Shown here piece after piece: positions 9,288-19,600 of a stretch of 52,725 bases of DNA (position 1 is its first letter; each line of letters begins with the position of its first letter). Below the pieces are notes generated by a model. The model had not been told where the DNA came from and ran no database searches. It worked only from the letters and a program-made list of their open reading frames with translations. Source of the DNA: an uncultured Clostridia bacterium (lineage in GTDB: Bacteria; Bacillota; Clostridia; Christensenellales; UBA1242). The position numbers and the translations under genes were made by a program. The stretch spans positions 1 to 52,725 of the forward strand of contig CALVTF010000001.1 of NCBI GenBank assembly GCA_944360025.1. The letters are read 5' to 3'.

Positions 9288-10587
9288 ATGAGTACGTGGG
9301 ATATAGTAAATTTAATTCTTTCAATAGTTGTTGGCGCATTGATGGCTTATCAAGTTTTATATATTATTATAGGGTTATTTTGGAAGAAAAAATTTAAAGA
9401 AACCAAAATTGAAAGTAGTTATGGTGTTTTAATTGCCGGCAGAAACGAAGAACTTGTGATTGGGCAACTTATTGATAGTATAAAGAAACAAAACTATAAT
9501 CAAGAAAAAATTAAAATATTTGTTGTTGCCGATAATTGCGATGCAAACGATAAAACGGCTCAAATTGCAAGAGATATGGGAGCGATTGTTTTTGAAAGAC
9601 ATAACAAAGAAAAAGTTGGTAAAGGTTATGCTTTAGACTTCCTTTTAAAAAATATAGCAAAAAATTATCCAGATTACAATCCTGACGGTTGGTTTGTGTT
9701 TGACGCGGACAACATTTTAGACTTAAATTATGTAAAAGAAATGAACAAAGCCTTTAATAGCGGGGGGGGGGAATATTGTAACTTCCTATCGTGCGTCCAA
9801 AAATTTTGGTGACAGTCTCTTTGCAATGGGATCTGCGATTTCGTTTGTCCGAGAATGTCGCTTTTTGCATACACCAAGAACAATTTTAAATTTGTCAACA
9901 CATATTTCTGGGACGGGATTTCTCGCTTCAAACAAAGTAATAAATCCTAAAATAGGTTGGAAATATACGTCTATTACAGAGGATTTAGAATTTTCATGTG
10001 ATAATTTAAAAAAGGGAAACAAAATAATTTATTGTGATGATGCAATTTTTTATGATGAACAGCCTATCTCTTGGAAACAAACATACCGCCAAAGATTGCG
10101 TTGGCAAAAAGGGACATATTTGTGTTGTAAAATTTTCACTTTTTCATTTTTTTATAAACTTTTAAAAACATTTAAGTTTCCGTTTTATGACTTTTTAATG
10201 TTTTTTGCGCCACTGCCAATAGTTTCAACAAGTTGGGCGATTTTAAACGGTTTGGTAGCAGTAATTGCAAGTTTTATTAAAATACTGTTGGGAGCACCGG
10301 TTTTGTTAGAGATACTTTCATTATTTGGTGCATTGTTATATTTTGCGGCTATGCTATACTTAGGGCTTTTTGTTTATGGTTCGCTTGCCGTTATAAAAGA
10401 TTGGAAAAGAATAAAGGCAACAAAAAAGAAAAAAATTCTCTCTATGTTTGCATATCCTATTTTCATGATTTGTTTAATTCCAATTTGCTTTATTGCACTG
10501 TTTAAGAAAGTTGAATGGAAACCCATTAAACATACTGCAAACATTAATATTGAGGATTTAAATAAAAAAGTGGAAAAACAAAAATAA
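9288..10587 (+). pseudogene. membrane-bound processive family-2 glycosyltransferase (PgaC/IcaA/cellulose-synthase-like), frameshifted in a G10 tract (OFF as sequenced)
   Basis: N-terminal fragment has a TM helix plus GT-A motifs VLIAGRNEE, VVADNCDANDKT and FDADN, and terminates at 9812. The reading continues in another frame from 9772 (NIVTSYRASKNFGDS...; QxxRW = QRLRWQKG; about four C-terminal TM helices) to 10587. Removing one G from the run 9762-9771 fuses both parts into one ~430-aa protein. Likely start is ATG 9288 (GGAG 9278-9281), not TTG 9276. Confidence 0.85.
9762..9771 (+). repeat. homopolymeric G10 tract inside the GT2 coding sequence
   Basis: AGC GGGGGGGGGG AAT. I noticed no other G/C homopolymer of this length on reading this AT-rich window. 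It coincides exactly with the frame switch. Confidence 0.95.
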
Positions 10588-10612
10588 TAAAAAAATATTT
10601 AAAAATTAAATT

Positions 10613-10657
10613 AAAAATAAATAAAAACCATCAAAAATATGGTTTTTATTTATTTTT
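10613..10657. terminator. bidirectional terminator hairpin between GT2 and SDR genes
   Basis: Perfect 19-bp stem AAAAATAAATAAAAACCAT (10613-10631) / ATGGTTTTTATTTATTTTT (10639-10657) with a 7-nt loop. AT-rich, but long and flanked by A/T runs. Confidence 0.6.
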
Positions 10658-10714
10658 TTGAATATTTTATATAAAATTTATTTTTATTATTAAATTTTTA
10701 AATTTAAAGTTTAT

Positions 10715-11521
10715 TTAACAATAAATTTTTTTAATTAAAAAGTTTAAAAATCTGGTTGGCAGAATTCTTGACAAGAAAACTACAAGTTTATATGAAAATC
10801 TCACAGTCTTGCGAAGAGGTGGATTTTTCCTTTTAAGCATTTTTACAACAATTTTTGCCACACTGTCTGGACTCTTTCCTTTTAATTCCTCTTTTTCCAT
10901 TTTTTTAATTGACTTTTTCACTTTTTCTGAGTAATTTTTATCGTTATTGTTTATTTCCACAATTCTGTTTTGTGTAAAGCCGGTTTTTACGTCGCCAGGA
11001 AGAATGGCTGTGACTTTTATACCAAAAGGTTTTACTTCATTTGCTAATGCTCTTGAAAAGATTTCTACGCCCGCTTTTGTGGCACTATAAGTTGCTTGAT
11101 ATGGAATTGGAATAACAGCCCCAACAGAAGAAATATTTATGATTTTGCCTTTAGTTTCTTTTAGATATGGAATGATAAGAGAGGAAAGAGTAATAACTGA
11201 AGAAAGATTGGTTTCGACAAGATTATAGATATTTTTTCTAGAGGCACTTTCAATTTCACCGGCAATACCGAATCCGGCATTATTAACAAAAATATCAATC
11301 CTATTTTCTTTCTTATAAATTTCTTCAATAATGCTTTTTACTTTTTCTGTATCATTTACGTCACATTGAAAACTCTCAATGTTTTCTGAACCTTGAATTG
11401 TTGAGCGAGATATGTTGTAAACCTTAACTTTGTTTTCCAATAATCTTTTAGCAATACTGAGTCCAATACCACTGCTTGCGCCGGTTATTATAGCCACCTT
11501 ATCCTGCAACTTATTTTTCAT
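10715..11521 (-). CDS. short-chain dehydrogenase/reductase (classical SDR)
   Basis: 268 aa with TGxxxGxG = TGASSGIG, NNAG = VNNAGFG, and catalytic YxxxK = YSATK. Confidence 0.9.
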   Translation of the reverse strand: MKNKLQDKVAIITGASSGIGLSIAKRLLENKVKVYNISRSTIQGSENIESFQCDVNDTEKVKSIIEEIYKKENRIDIFVNNAGFGIAGEIESASRKNIYNLVETNLSSVITLSSLIIPYLKETKGKIINISSVGAVIPIPYQATYSATKAGVEIFSRALANEVKPFGIKVTAILPGDVKTGFTQNRIVEINNNDKNYSEKVKKSIKKMEKEELKGKSPDSVAKIVVKMLKRKNPPLRKTVRFSYKLVVFLSRILPTRFLNFLIKKIYC

Positions 11522-11691
11522 CTTTCACCTCAATATTAAAAATACCTTTAACCTAAAAATTTTTTATAAATTTTTATTTTTTAATATTTTTTTGATAAAT
11601 TTTTATAATTTTTATTATTAATATATTTTTTATTTAATTTCAAATATAATTAAATTAAGTTTTGTGTCAAATCTTAAAATGTGACGAGTTG

Positions 11692-13266
11692 CTATTTTGT
11701 TGACATATATTCTTCGTAAGTCATTTCTTTGTCGATGATTGTATTTTCATCTACAATATCAATAATTCTGTTTGCTACTGTTTCAATAATTTCTTGGTCG
11801 CCGGTTGTAAAGAGAATTGGACCTTTAAAATTTATTAAACCTTTGTTTAGTGAAGTAATACTTTCAAGGTCTAAGTGGTTTATTGGTTCGTCTAAAATTA
11901 GTAAATTTCCACTTTCAAGCATAAGTTTTGCTAGCATGCACCTAACTTTTTCACCACCAGAAAGAACATTTACTTCTTTTAAACTCTCTTCGCCGGAAAA
12001 GAGCATTCTTCCAAGCCAGCCACGAACATAACTTTCAGTCTTATCTTTCGAATATTGCCTTAACCAATCAACAATAGAAAGGTGACAACCATCAAAAAAC
12101 TCACGATTATCTTGAGGAAGATATGATGGCTTAATTGTCTTTCCAAACTGAACGGTTCCGCCATCTGCTTGTTCTTTGCCCATAATAATATTGAAAAGTG
12201 TTGTCAAAACTAAAGAATTTGAAGATAAAAAGACAATTTTTTGATTTGGTTCAACATTAAATGAAAGATTTTTAAACATTCCTTTCTTTGTAAGTTTGTC
12301 AACTTTTAAAATTTCTTTACCAATTTGTTGCTCAAATTTGAAATCTACATATGGATATTTTCTTGAAGAAGGTTTAAGGTCGTCTAAAGTCAGTTTTTCA
12401 AGTTCTCTCTTTCTAGAGGTTGCTTGTTTAGATTTTGAAGCATTCGCAGAGAAGCGAGCAATAAAATCTTTGAGTTCTTTAGCGCGCTGTTCGGCTTTTT
12501 TGTTCTGTTCTTTTTGTTGACGAAGAAGAAGTTGGCTAGTCTCATACCAAAAATCGTAGTTTCCAAGATACATATTGATTTGTCCAAAATCCACATCGCA
12601 AATATGAGTGCAAACTTTATTCAAAAAGTGACGATTGTGTGAAACTATGATGACAATATTTTCAAAATCTAAGAGGAAATCTTCTAGCCATCTTATTGTT
12701 TTAAAGTCTAAGTTATTTGTAGGTTCGTCTAAAATTAATATATCAGGATTGCCGAAGAGGGCTTGTGCCAGCAAAACTTTCACTTTAACCTTTGCGTCAA
12801 GTTCACTCATAAGTTTGTAATAATCTTCTTCGCCGATACCAAGGTTTTGAAGAAGAGTTTTAGCGTTTCCGTCGGCTTCCCATCCGCCAAGTTCTGCAAA
12901 TTCTGTCTCTAATTCGCCTGCCTTTATACCATCCTCATCAGAAAAATTCTCTTTAGAATAAAGGGCGTCTTTTTCTTTTTGAATTTCCATCAATCTTTTA
13001 TGTCCTAAAAGAACTGTGTCCAAAACTGTTTCGTTGTCATATTTGTTTTGATTTTGTTCTAAAACGGACATTCTTTCGCCAGGAGTGATAATAACTTCAC
13101 CTGTGTTAGGTTCAATTTCTCCTGTCAAAATTTTAAGAAAAGTTGATTTTCCAGCACCATTGGCACCAATAATGCCATAGCAATTTCCTTTTGTAAATTT
13201 TAAATTCACTTCTTTATAAAGCACTCTTCCGCCGAATGCAAGTGACACATTTGAGGTTTGAATCAT
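11692..13266 (-). CDS. ABC-F family ATPase (two fused NBDs, no TMD), second ATP site degenerate
   Basis: Real start is MIQTSNV at 13266 (AAGGAG RBS upstream); the 33-codon extension in the ORF track runs into AT-rich intergenic DNA. NBD1 has Walker A GANGAGKST and Walker B ILILDEP. There is a K/E/Q-rich inter-domain linker. NBD2 has signature LSGGEK and Walker B LLILDEP, but Walker A is replaced by SSNSLVLTT. Confidence 0.9.
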   Translation of the reverse strand: MIQTSNVSLAFGGRVLYKEVNLKFTKGNCYGIIGANGAGKSTFLKILTGEIEPNTGEVIITPGERMSVLEQNQNKYDNETVLDTVLLGHKRLMEIQKEKDALYSKENFSDEDGIKAGELETEFAELGGWEADGNAKTLLQNLGIGEEDYYKLMSELDAKVKVKVLLAQALFGNPDILILDEPTNNLDFKTIRWLEDFLLDFENIVIIVSHNRHFLNKVCTHICDVDFGQINMYLGNYDFWYETSQLLLRQQKEQNKKAEQRAKELKDFIARFSANASKSKQATSRKRELEKLTLDDLKPSSRKYPYVDFKFEQQIGKEILKVDKLTKKGMFKNLSFNVEPNQKIVFLSSNSLVLTTLFNIIMGKEQADGGTVQFGKTIKPSYLPQDNREFFDGCHLSIVDWLRQYSKDKTESYVRGWLGRMLFSGEESLKEVNVLSGGEKVRCMLAKLMLESGNLLILDEPINHLDLESITSLNKGLINFKGPILFTTGDQEIIETVANRIIDIVDENTIIDKEMTYEEYMSTK

Positions 13267-13594
13267 AATTAACTCCTTAAAAATTTTAAATTTAAAATTT
13301 ATAAAATTGCAAAAATTAATTAAAAAATTTATATTTTTTGTTAATTTTTTTAATTTTTTTAACATTTTTTTTAATTTTTACAAATTTTTTATTATTTTTA
13401 CTTTGTTTATTATACCTATAAACCACATATTTTGTCAAGAGAAGATAGCAAAATAAAGATAAAAATTGCTTTATAAGTTTTAAAAATATCTAAAACAAAA
13501 TTTAGAAAAATCAAGATTAAAATTTGAAAATAAAAAATAAACATTTATGAATTAAAATATTTTTTATTTATTTTTATAATATTATTTATTTTGT

Positions 13595-13623
13595 TTGCGA
13601 AAACTACAAAAAAATTGTATAAT
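13595..13623 (+). promoter_or_regulatory. candidate promoter of the giant gene
   Basis: -35 TTGCGA (13595-13600), a 17-nt spacer, then -10 TATAAT (13618-13623), 40 nt upstream of the ATG. Confidence 0.45.
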
Positions 13624-13662
13624 TATTTTGTTTAATATAACAAATAATTATAAGGGGTAAGT

Positions 13663-16600
13663 ATGAAGAAAAAAAGAAAAGTCTTAGCGACTTGGAAAGT
13701 TGTTCTTATCACAATCGCGGCTATAATTGGGCTTTTAGGTGTTTCTACTTTTGTCATGTATCTTTTAGGATATTTTGAAAATCCTCCTGTTAATCCAGAA
13801 GATATGAGTTTTGCTCAAACAGAAGAGTATAATGCGACAACCGGAATGTATGAGGTTTCGGAAGATTTTTATATGACTATCAACACGACAACAGAAAATG
13901 TTAATGTTACAAACGTGACATTGTCACTTGGAACGACTGAGGCTCAAAATGGTTATATTGACAATGGCATTATTAGAGTGCCTCAAACTGTAAGACTTAA
14001 CACCCCTTTCTTAGTTACCCTTTCAACTGATTATAATGCAGTGACAAATTCTGAATACATAAATGGAGGTATTACTACTCTTCGTGCAACCTCCGACAAC
14101 CGTTTGATTTCTCCTATCACAACAACAATCGCAGTAGACGTACCTGTTTATGAGATTTCTGCTTTTGTTTATGATACAGGCGATGAAACAATGACGCCAA
14201 TTATTGATAATGAAGTTATCAATGGCTCGGAGTTTAAGATTGGGTTAAATTTTTCTCCTAATTCTACTGAAACGGGAAACAGTAGTGAGTTTATGTATGG
14301 TGGAACAGAAAAGAAAATGGTTTTCTTCTCTCCAACAAACAGGAATATTGAATTCAATTACGAAACTCAAACCTTCACAGCAAATGGTGTAAGTGCGGAA
14401 GGTTATCCAGACAGTGTAACACTTTACACATTTACCTCCGCAAGTTATCAAAAAGCTTTTTTAAGTGAGAATCAAAACATATTAAATAATTTTGCAGAAT
14501 TAAACCAAGCGGCTTTACATTATTTTGGAAGCAATCCTAGTACATATCGTAGTTGTAGTATTGAAATTACTGTTAAAGACGTTGGGGTTGAAAGTTTCTC
14601 AATAGGGAACACTCAATTTAAGTGTTTTGTTGATAAATTTTTGAATATTTCTTCCAATTCAAGTTCTTCAGTTTTTGATGGCTCTTTAAACGTTTCTATA
14701 CGTGATGATGAAGGTAATAGTCTAAATTCAATTTATGCAGGAAATGTTGGTATTGCTTTAACAAATGACAATACTAATGTTAAAATTGATGGCGAGGGAA
14801 TTGTGAGAGTGGTTGTTACCACAAATACAGAAACAAACACCACAAATTATGAGGTTTTTCGTGAAGCATATAACGGAAGTTTAGATAATTATTCTCCATT
14901 AGTTGAACAAACGGAAACAGGAACAGTTACAACGTATTATTTCATTTTGCCAAAAACAAGTCAGTCATCAAGTGCGGCTAACTATAGTTATGGATTTGCT
15001 TCAACAGCCGAAGGGAGAGTGGATTTTAAAGTTGCACTCTTTGTAGAGGGCGAAAATGGTTGGGAAATTTTCTTTGAAAATGGTAATAGTTTTTCGAATT
15101 TGCCAAGTCTTTATGTTGATTTCACAGTTCATCAAGAGCAAAATATATATTGGGCAGAAGAATATAACAACGAAAGAATAATAATTGTTTATGATAGTGA
15201 TACAGGAAGTTCAGACACTGTCGAACTTTCCGAACAAATTGTTTTGCCTACAGAAAATGTATATCAAAGAGTTAGATATTTCTTCTATTCTCCAACAGGC
15301 GCACAAATAGACGTGGCAAATTCTTTGGAATATGCTTCTTGTGTTCAATATACGGTCGGTGAAGACATAGATTTGTCAGGTTTAAATAATTTGGTAAGTG
15401 ACGTTTGGCTTTATGAACTAAATGATTCAAATTTAACCGCAATAGGACCATTAAACCAAGATGTTAATTTGGTTTTTGTGACAGTAAAAACTAATGCAGA
15501 TGGAGTAATTTTAAATAGTGATGGTGAAGTTTATGAGAGTGGTGATAAATATGATATTGTTCAAGTCAGTGCTCCAAGAGCCATTGTTGTTGATGCTACA
15601 TTAAAATTTGAGGATATGACGGGAGAAACAAGTTTTAGTTCGGTTGATGCTGACCAATTTAAGTATACAAGTGGAGAAAATAATTACCTTTATGTTCCAG
15701 CACTTTTCTACAGCGATGACTTAGGAAACAGTGATAGTTTTGAAATTACTATTACACTCAACAACGCTTCAGCAAATATGATTTCTGTAAACGAACTTCA
15801 AGACCTTTATAATGCAGGGCTAAGTTCGAATGATACTACTTCAAGTTCTGGTTATATTCGTGTGGAATTTAGAGATGAGAATGGAAATCTCGGAACATAT
15901 TTGGATGAAGATAATTTAGAGAGAAGTTATTTTGAAGTTGGACCTTTGACTTTTGCAGGAACGGAAACTATAACAGGAACAGCAAGTGTTAGCATTTCGG
16001 AGAAATTTTCAAATACTGATGGTATTCACTATACCCCTTACTTAGTTTATTATAATGGAAGAACAATTCAAGAGAAGGAAATGAGTGTGAATTATGCAGG
16101 GGAAAATTATGATGGGTTTACAATTTATGCTCAACTTGCTACAACAAGTGAATATAGTTTTGTAGATGGAACTCAATATGCACCTAATGGACCGATAACA
16201 GTTTCTATTAATGAAAGAGGTGAAAGAACAATTACTTGGGCAAGTGTAACAGGGGGTACAATAACCATCACTGACAGTCAAAATCAATCAGCGTTAGAGC
16301 ATATTTCAAGTCAGTTAAGTGTGGTTATATATGACCAAATTGGAAAAGTAATTAAAACAAATGCGGCATCATTTACTTTGCAAGAAGGCGCAACAGGTTC
16401 CAATCGTTATATAAATATTGTAAATAATCAAATTACGGGCTTTAACTCAACAGGTGGAGATACTATAGAAACCTTTGTTACAGCCACAATTTCTTCTATT
16501 TACGGGACAACACAAGACAGTGTAAGTCCTGGCAATGTTAATTTTTCAATCTTTAGTGCAGGCGTAAGAGAAGTTTTATATGATAAGAGCGAATTTGCAA

Positions 16601-19600
16601 CAAGTGATCCTGTTTATGATTTTGACCCTGATGAAGATGGAGATACATATGGTGCAGGTAAAGTTACCAAATATTTCACTCTAAACGACCAAGTTATTTT
16701 AAATGACTTGCTTCAAGTGTATATTGGAGACTCTGAAACTCCTACAGAAGAGGGATATTTGAAATTTAGATTAAATGCTGCTTATTTAACAAGTCTAGAA
16801 GGTCACACAAGCGAATTATTCAGTTCTCAAGGTGCTGTAACAAATTATGGTATGATTTCGCTTAAATCTGATACAAGCACTGATGCTTCTAGCATTTTAA
16901 GTTATACCTCTCAACAAATAAACGTTGTACAATTAAACTATTTATTTGCAGAAGAATTTTCACTTATTTTTGACGTTTATGATGACAATGGACTCGTAAA
17001 CATTCAATTAACACTTGTGTTTGCAAGAAATATTAACTATTCAGACAGTATCAGTTCATATTCTTCTGCTTATGCAGATTACTTAACTTACGGAGATGTT
17101 GGAAATTCTGCAAGCAAATTAGTATTTGGTGGAGATTCAATCTCTTTAAATCAATATCTTCCACTTAATTATATAAGAAATAATGATAACGACACACCAT
17201 TGAGTTGGACGGGTGGAGATGTTGGCACTGCCGTTCTTTACATTGATGACCATCTCGCGACAACAACAGACCTTGTATACATACAACCTGGAGAGAATAA
17301 TTTAGCGTATCTAGAATTTAGTGACGTTAAAACATTGACTTATGTTCAAGTTACTTTATATTATAACCGTCAAAGCACATATTCTCTTCGTATTGATTTA
17401 GGTTTTGTTATTAATCCAAACTATTTAATTGCTCAAAAAGAAACATTTGTTGATCTATCTCAACTTGGAACACAAGATTATTCTTTGCTTGAAAATTTCT
17501 ATACAATTTATAATGCAAAAGAATATATAAATAGACATATTTTAAATGTTTCTTATGATGATCCTACTGAAATAACATTTGAAAATGCAGGAATAAGTTT
17601 TACACCTACCACAACAAGTTCAATTTTAAATATTAGAACGGATGACGGATTTAATTTGGACAAGGAAGGTGTGTTTGTAGGAAGATTAGGACAACTTATT
17701 GACTCTAACATTAATCTATTTGATTTAAACAATGAAAATAATGCGTTCCAATTCATTTTGGCAAGAGAAAATGGAGGCGGACATGAAATCATACAACTTG
17801 GTTATTCGACTTTAAATTTCCATGTGGGCTATGGTGAAACTGCAGAGGCTGTCGTAAATGCTATAATAAACACTGCAGAGGGAACACCATTAAACTATGA
17901 AGTTTTGTCAAACAATGAAGATTATGTTTTGGTTTTACTTGAATTAAATGGATACTCATTAAACAATCTTTGGGCAGTTGAAGAAAATAGTGCTTTCATT
18001 GACGTGCTCAACAGTGTGCTTTCTGTTGGAGAACTTAGCACTTTCAATGTATCAGACACAATTACATTTGTTTACAACAATGAGGATAGAATTAGTGCTG
18101 ACGTTAGATTGTCAAAAGTTGGTTTGATATATGTAGCATATAAAGAAAATTATAATGGCGATGACAAGTTTTTCGCTTTTGAAGATATTACAACGGATGA
18201 AACAAGTGAAGTAGGACTTCAAGAATTCTTCAACAACTTAAGTACTAAAGGAATATATGATATTTATACAGCAGGAAAGTCTTATACGATTGTTTCAGAC
18301 AATGAAAATTCTTTTAACGAAGAATTGGATGTAGACGCTAGACAATATGGATTCTATTATCGTAGACCAACAAACACTTCTCTTATAAGTGCTACACTTT
18401 CTATACGTTCTATTACAGCGGGATATGAAGATATTTTAAGTATTGACAACGCTGGAACAGGCATAATATTAAACTCTCTGGTAGATACAGGAGAGGAAGT
18501 GTATGCAATTTTACAACTTTCTTTGTCACAGAACTTGAGTTCGGGTAATGTTACCTATGTTATGTATTATCGCATTAAGATTAATCCTAATTATTCTCTT
18601 GGAAACGTAACTTATCCATATAATAATGACGCGGAATATATTGAAGATACTGAATTTACTATCAATTTTGAAAAACCTTTCACTACTCAAGATGCTTCTG
18701 TTTCAAATGATGGAAAATACCGTTTTGCTAATTTGGAAGGTGGAGATGGAGAAGAGATAACCTTTAAATATTCAGTTGATAGCGTTATTATAAATGGCGA
18801 AGAATATTCAGACTTTTCAACTTATTTAGACCTTAGCATTGATGAAAGAAACGGTGTTTTAAGTGCTAATGTAATTGTTACCGATGCAAGCATTGAAATA
18901 ATTGTAGCCAAAACTTATTATATTAAAGATGGTGAAGTAGAGACCGAAGTTGTTCGTTCACAAAGACTTTATACCATTAAATATCATTCCGACATTGTAC
19001 CTATATATGATCATTCTGTTACAGGTGAACAAATAGAAGAAGATGGAGATAATTATATCGATAATAGTATCACAATTAATGACACCTACAATTACACTAT
19101 AACCGTTCAAGAGCAAGTGGGAGACATTTACACACCAAGTACTGACGTTTTTGCTCATATTACTTATGCAGGAAGTTCACGTGAAAATGGTGAAGTAAAG
19201 GGTATAGAAACTTACCTTTACGATTTTGTTAGACTTGCAGGCGGAGACCAACTTTATACTGTTGTTTCGGCAGATAATTCTTATACTCTTTCTACTCCAT
19301 ATATTTTCAATGCTGAAAATGGCAACGAAGATAATTATGTCCTTGTTGATTTAACAGGTGGAGAAGTGACAACACTTACAACATACGCTCAGATAGTTGA
19401 CATAATCGAAAACAATCCAAATTTCGCTGAAGATGGATATATTGTAAGTTTGTATAAAGATGGCGAAAACCTTGAAGGGCTATTCTATTTACCAAAATCT
19501 AGAGTTAACTATTTTGATTTTAGAAATTCTACTTCAAATGGTGTTTATGAACTAACTTTCAAAACACGAGAATCAATCGAAGAAGACGGTACTTTCAAAA

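Noticed and set aside
9826-10587. Treating the second GT2 ORF as an independent gene starting at ATG 9826
   Set aside because: GT2-type sequence (NIVTSYRASKNFGDS) continues upstream of that ATG in the same frame, back to the G10 tract at 9772, and no RBS precedes 9826. It is the displaced C-terminal part of one gene.
13267-13365. 33-codon N-terminal extension of the ABC-F ORF (MLKKLKKLTKNINFLINF...)
   Set aside because: This is low-complexity translation of AT-rich intergenic DNA. A strong AAGGAG RBS precedes the internal Met (13266), which begins the conserved ABC-F N-terminus.
13267-13662. 396-bp, extremely AT-rich divergent intergenic region full of A- and T-tracts (also 10588-10714 and 11522-11691); considered as origin, repeat array or CRISPR leader
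   Set aside because: I found no direct repeats with spacers, no DnaA-box cluster, and no ORF. It is most simply curved or AT-rich promoter DNA for two divergent genes. I could not verify helical phasing of the tracts by eye.
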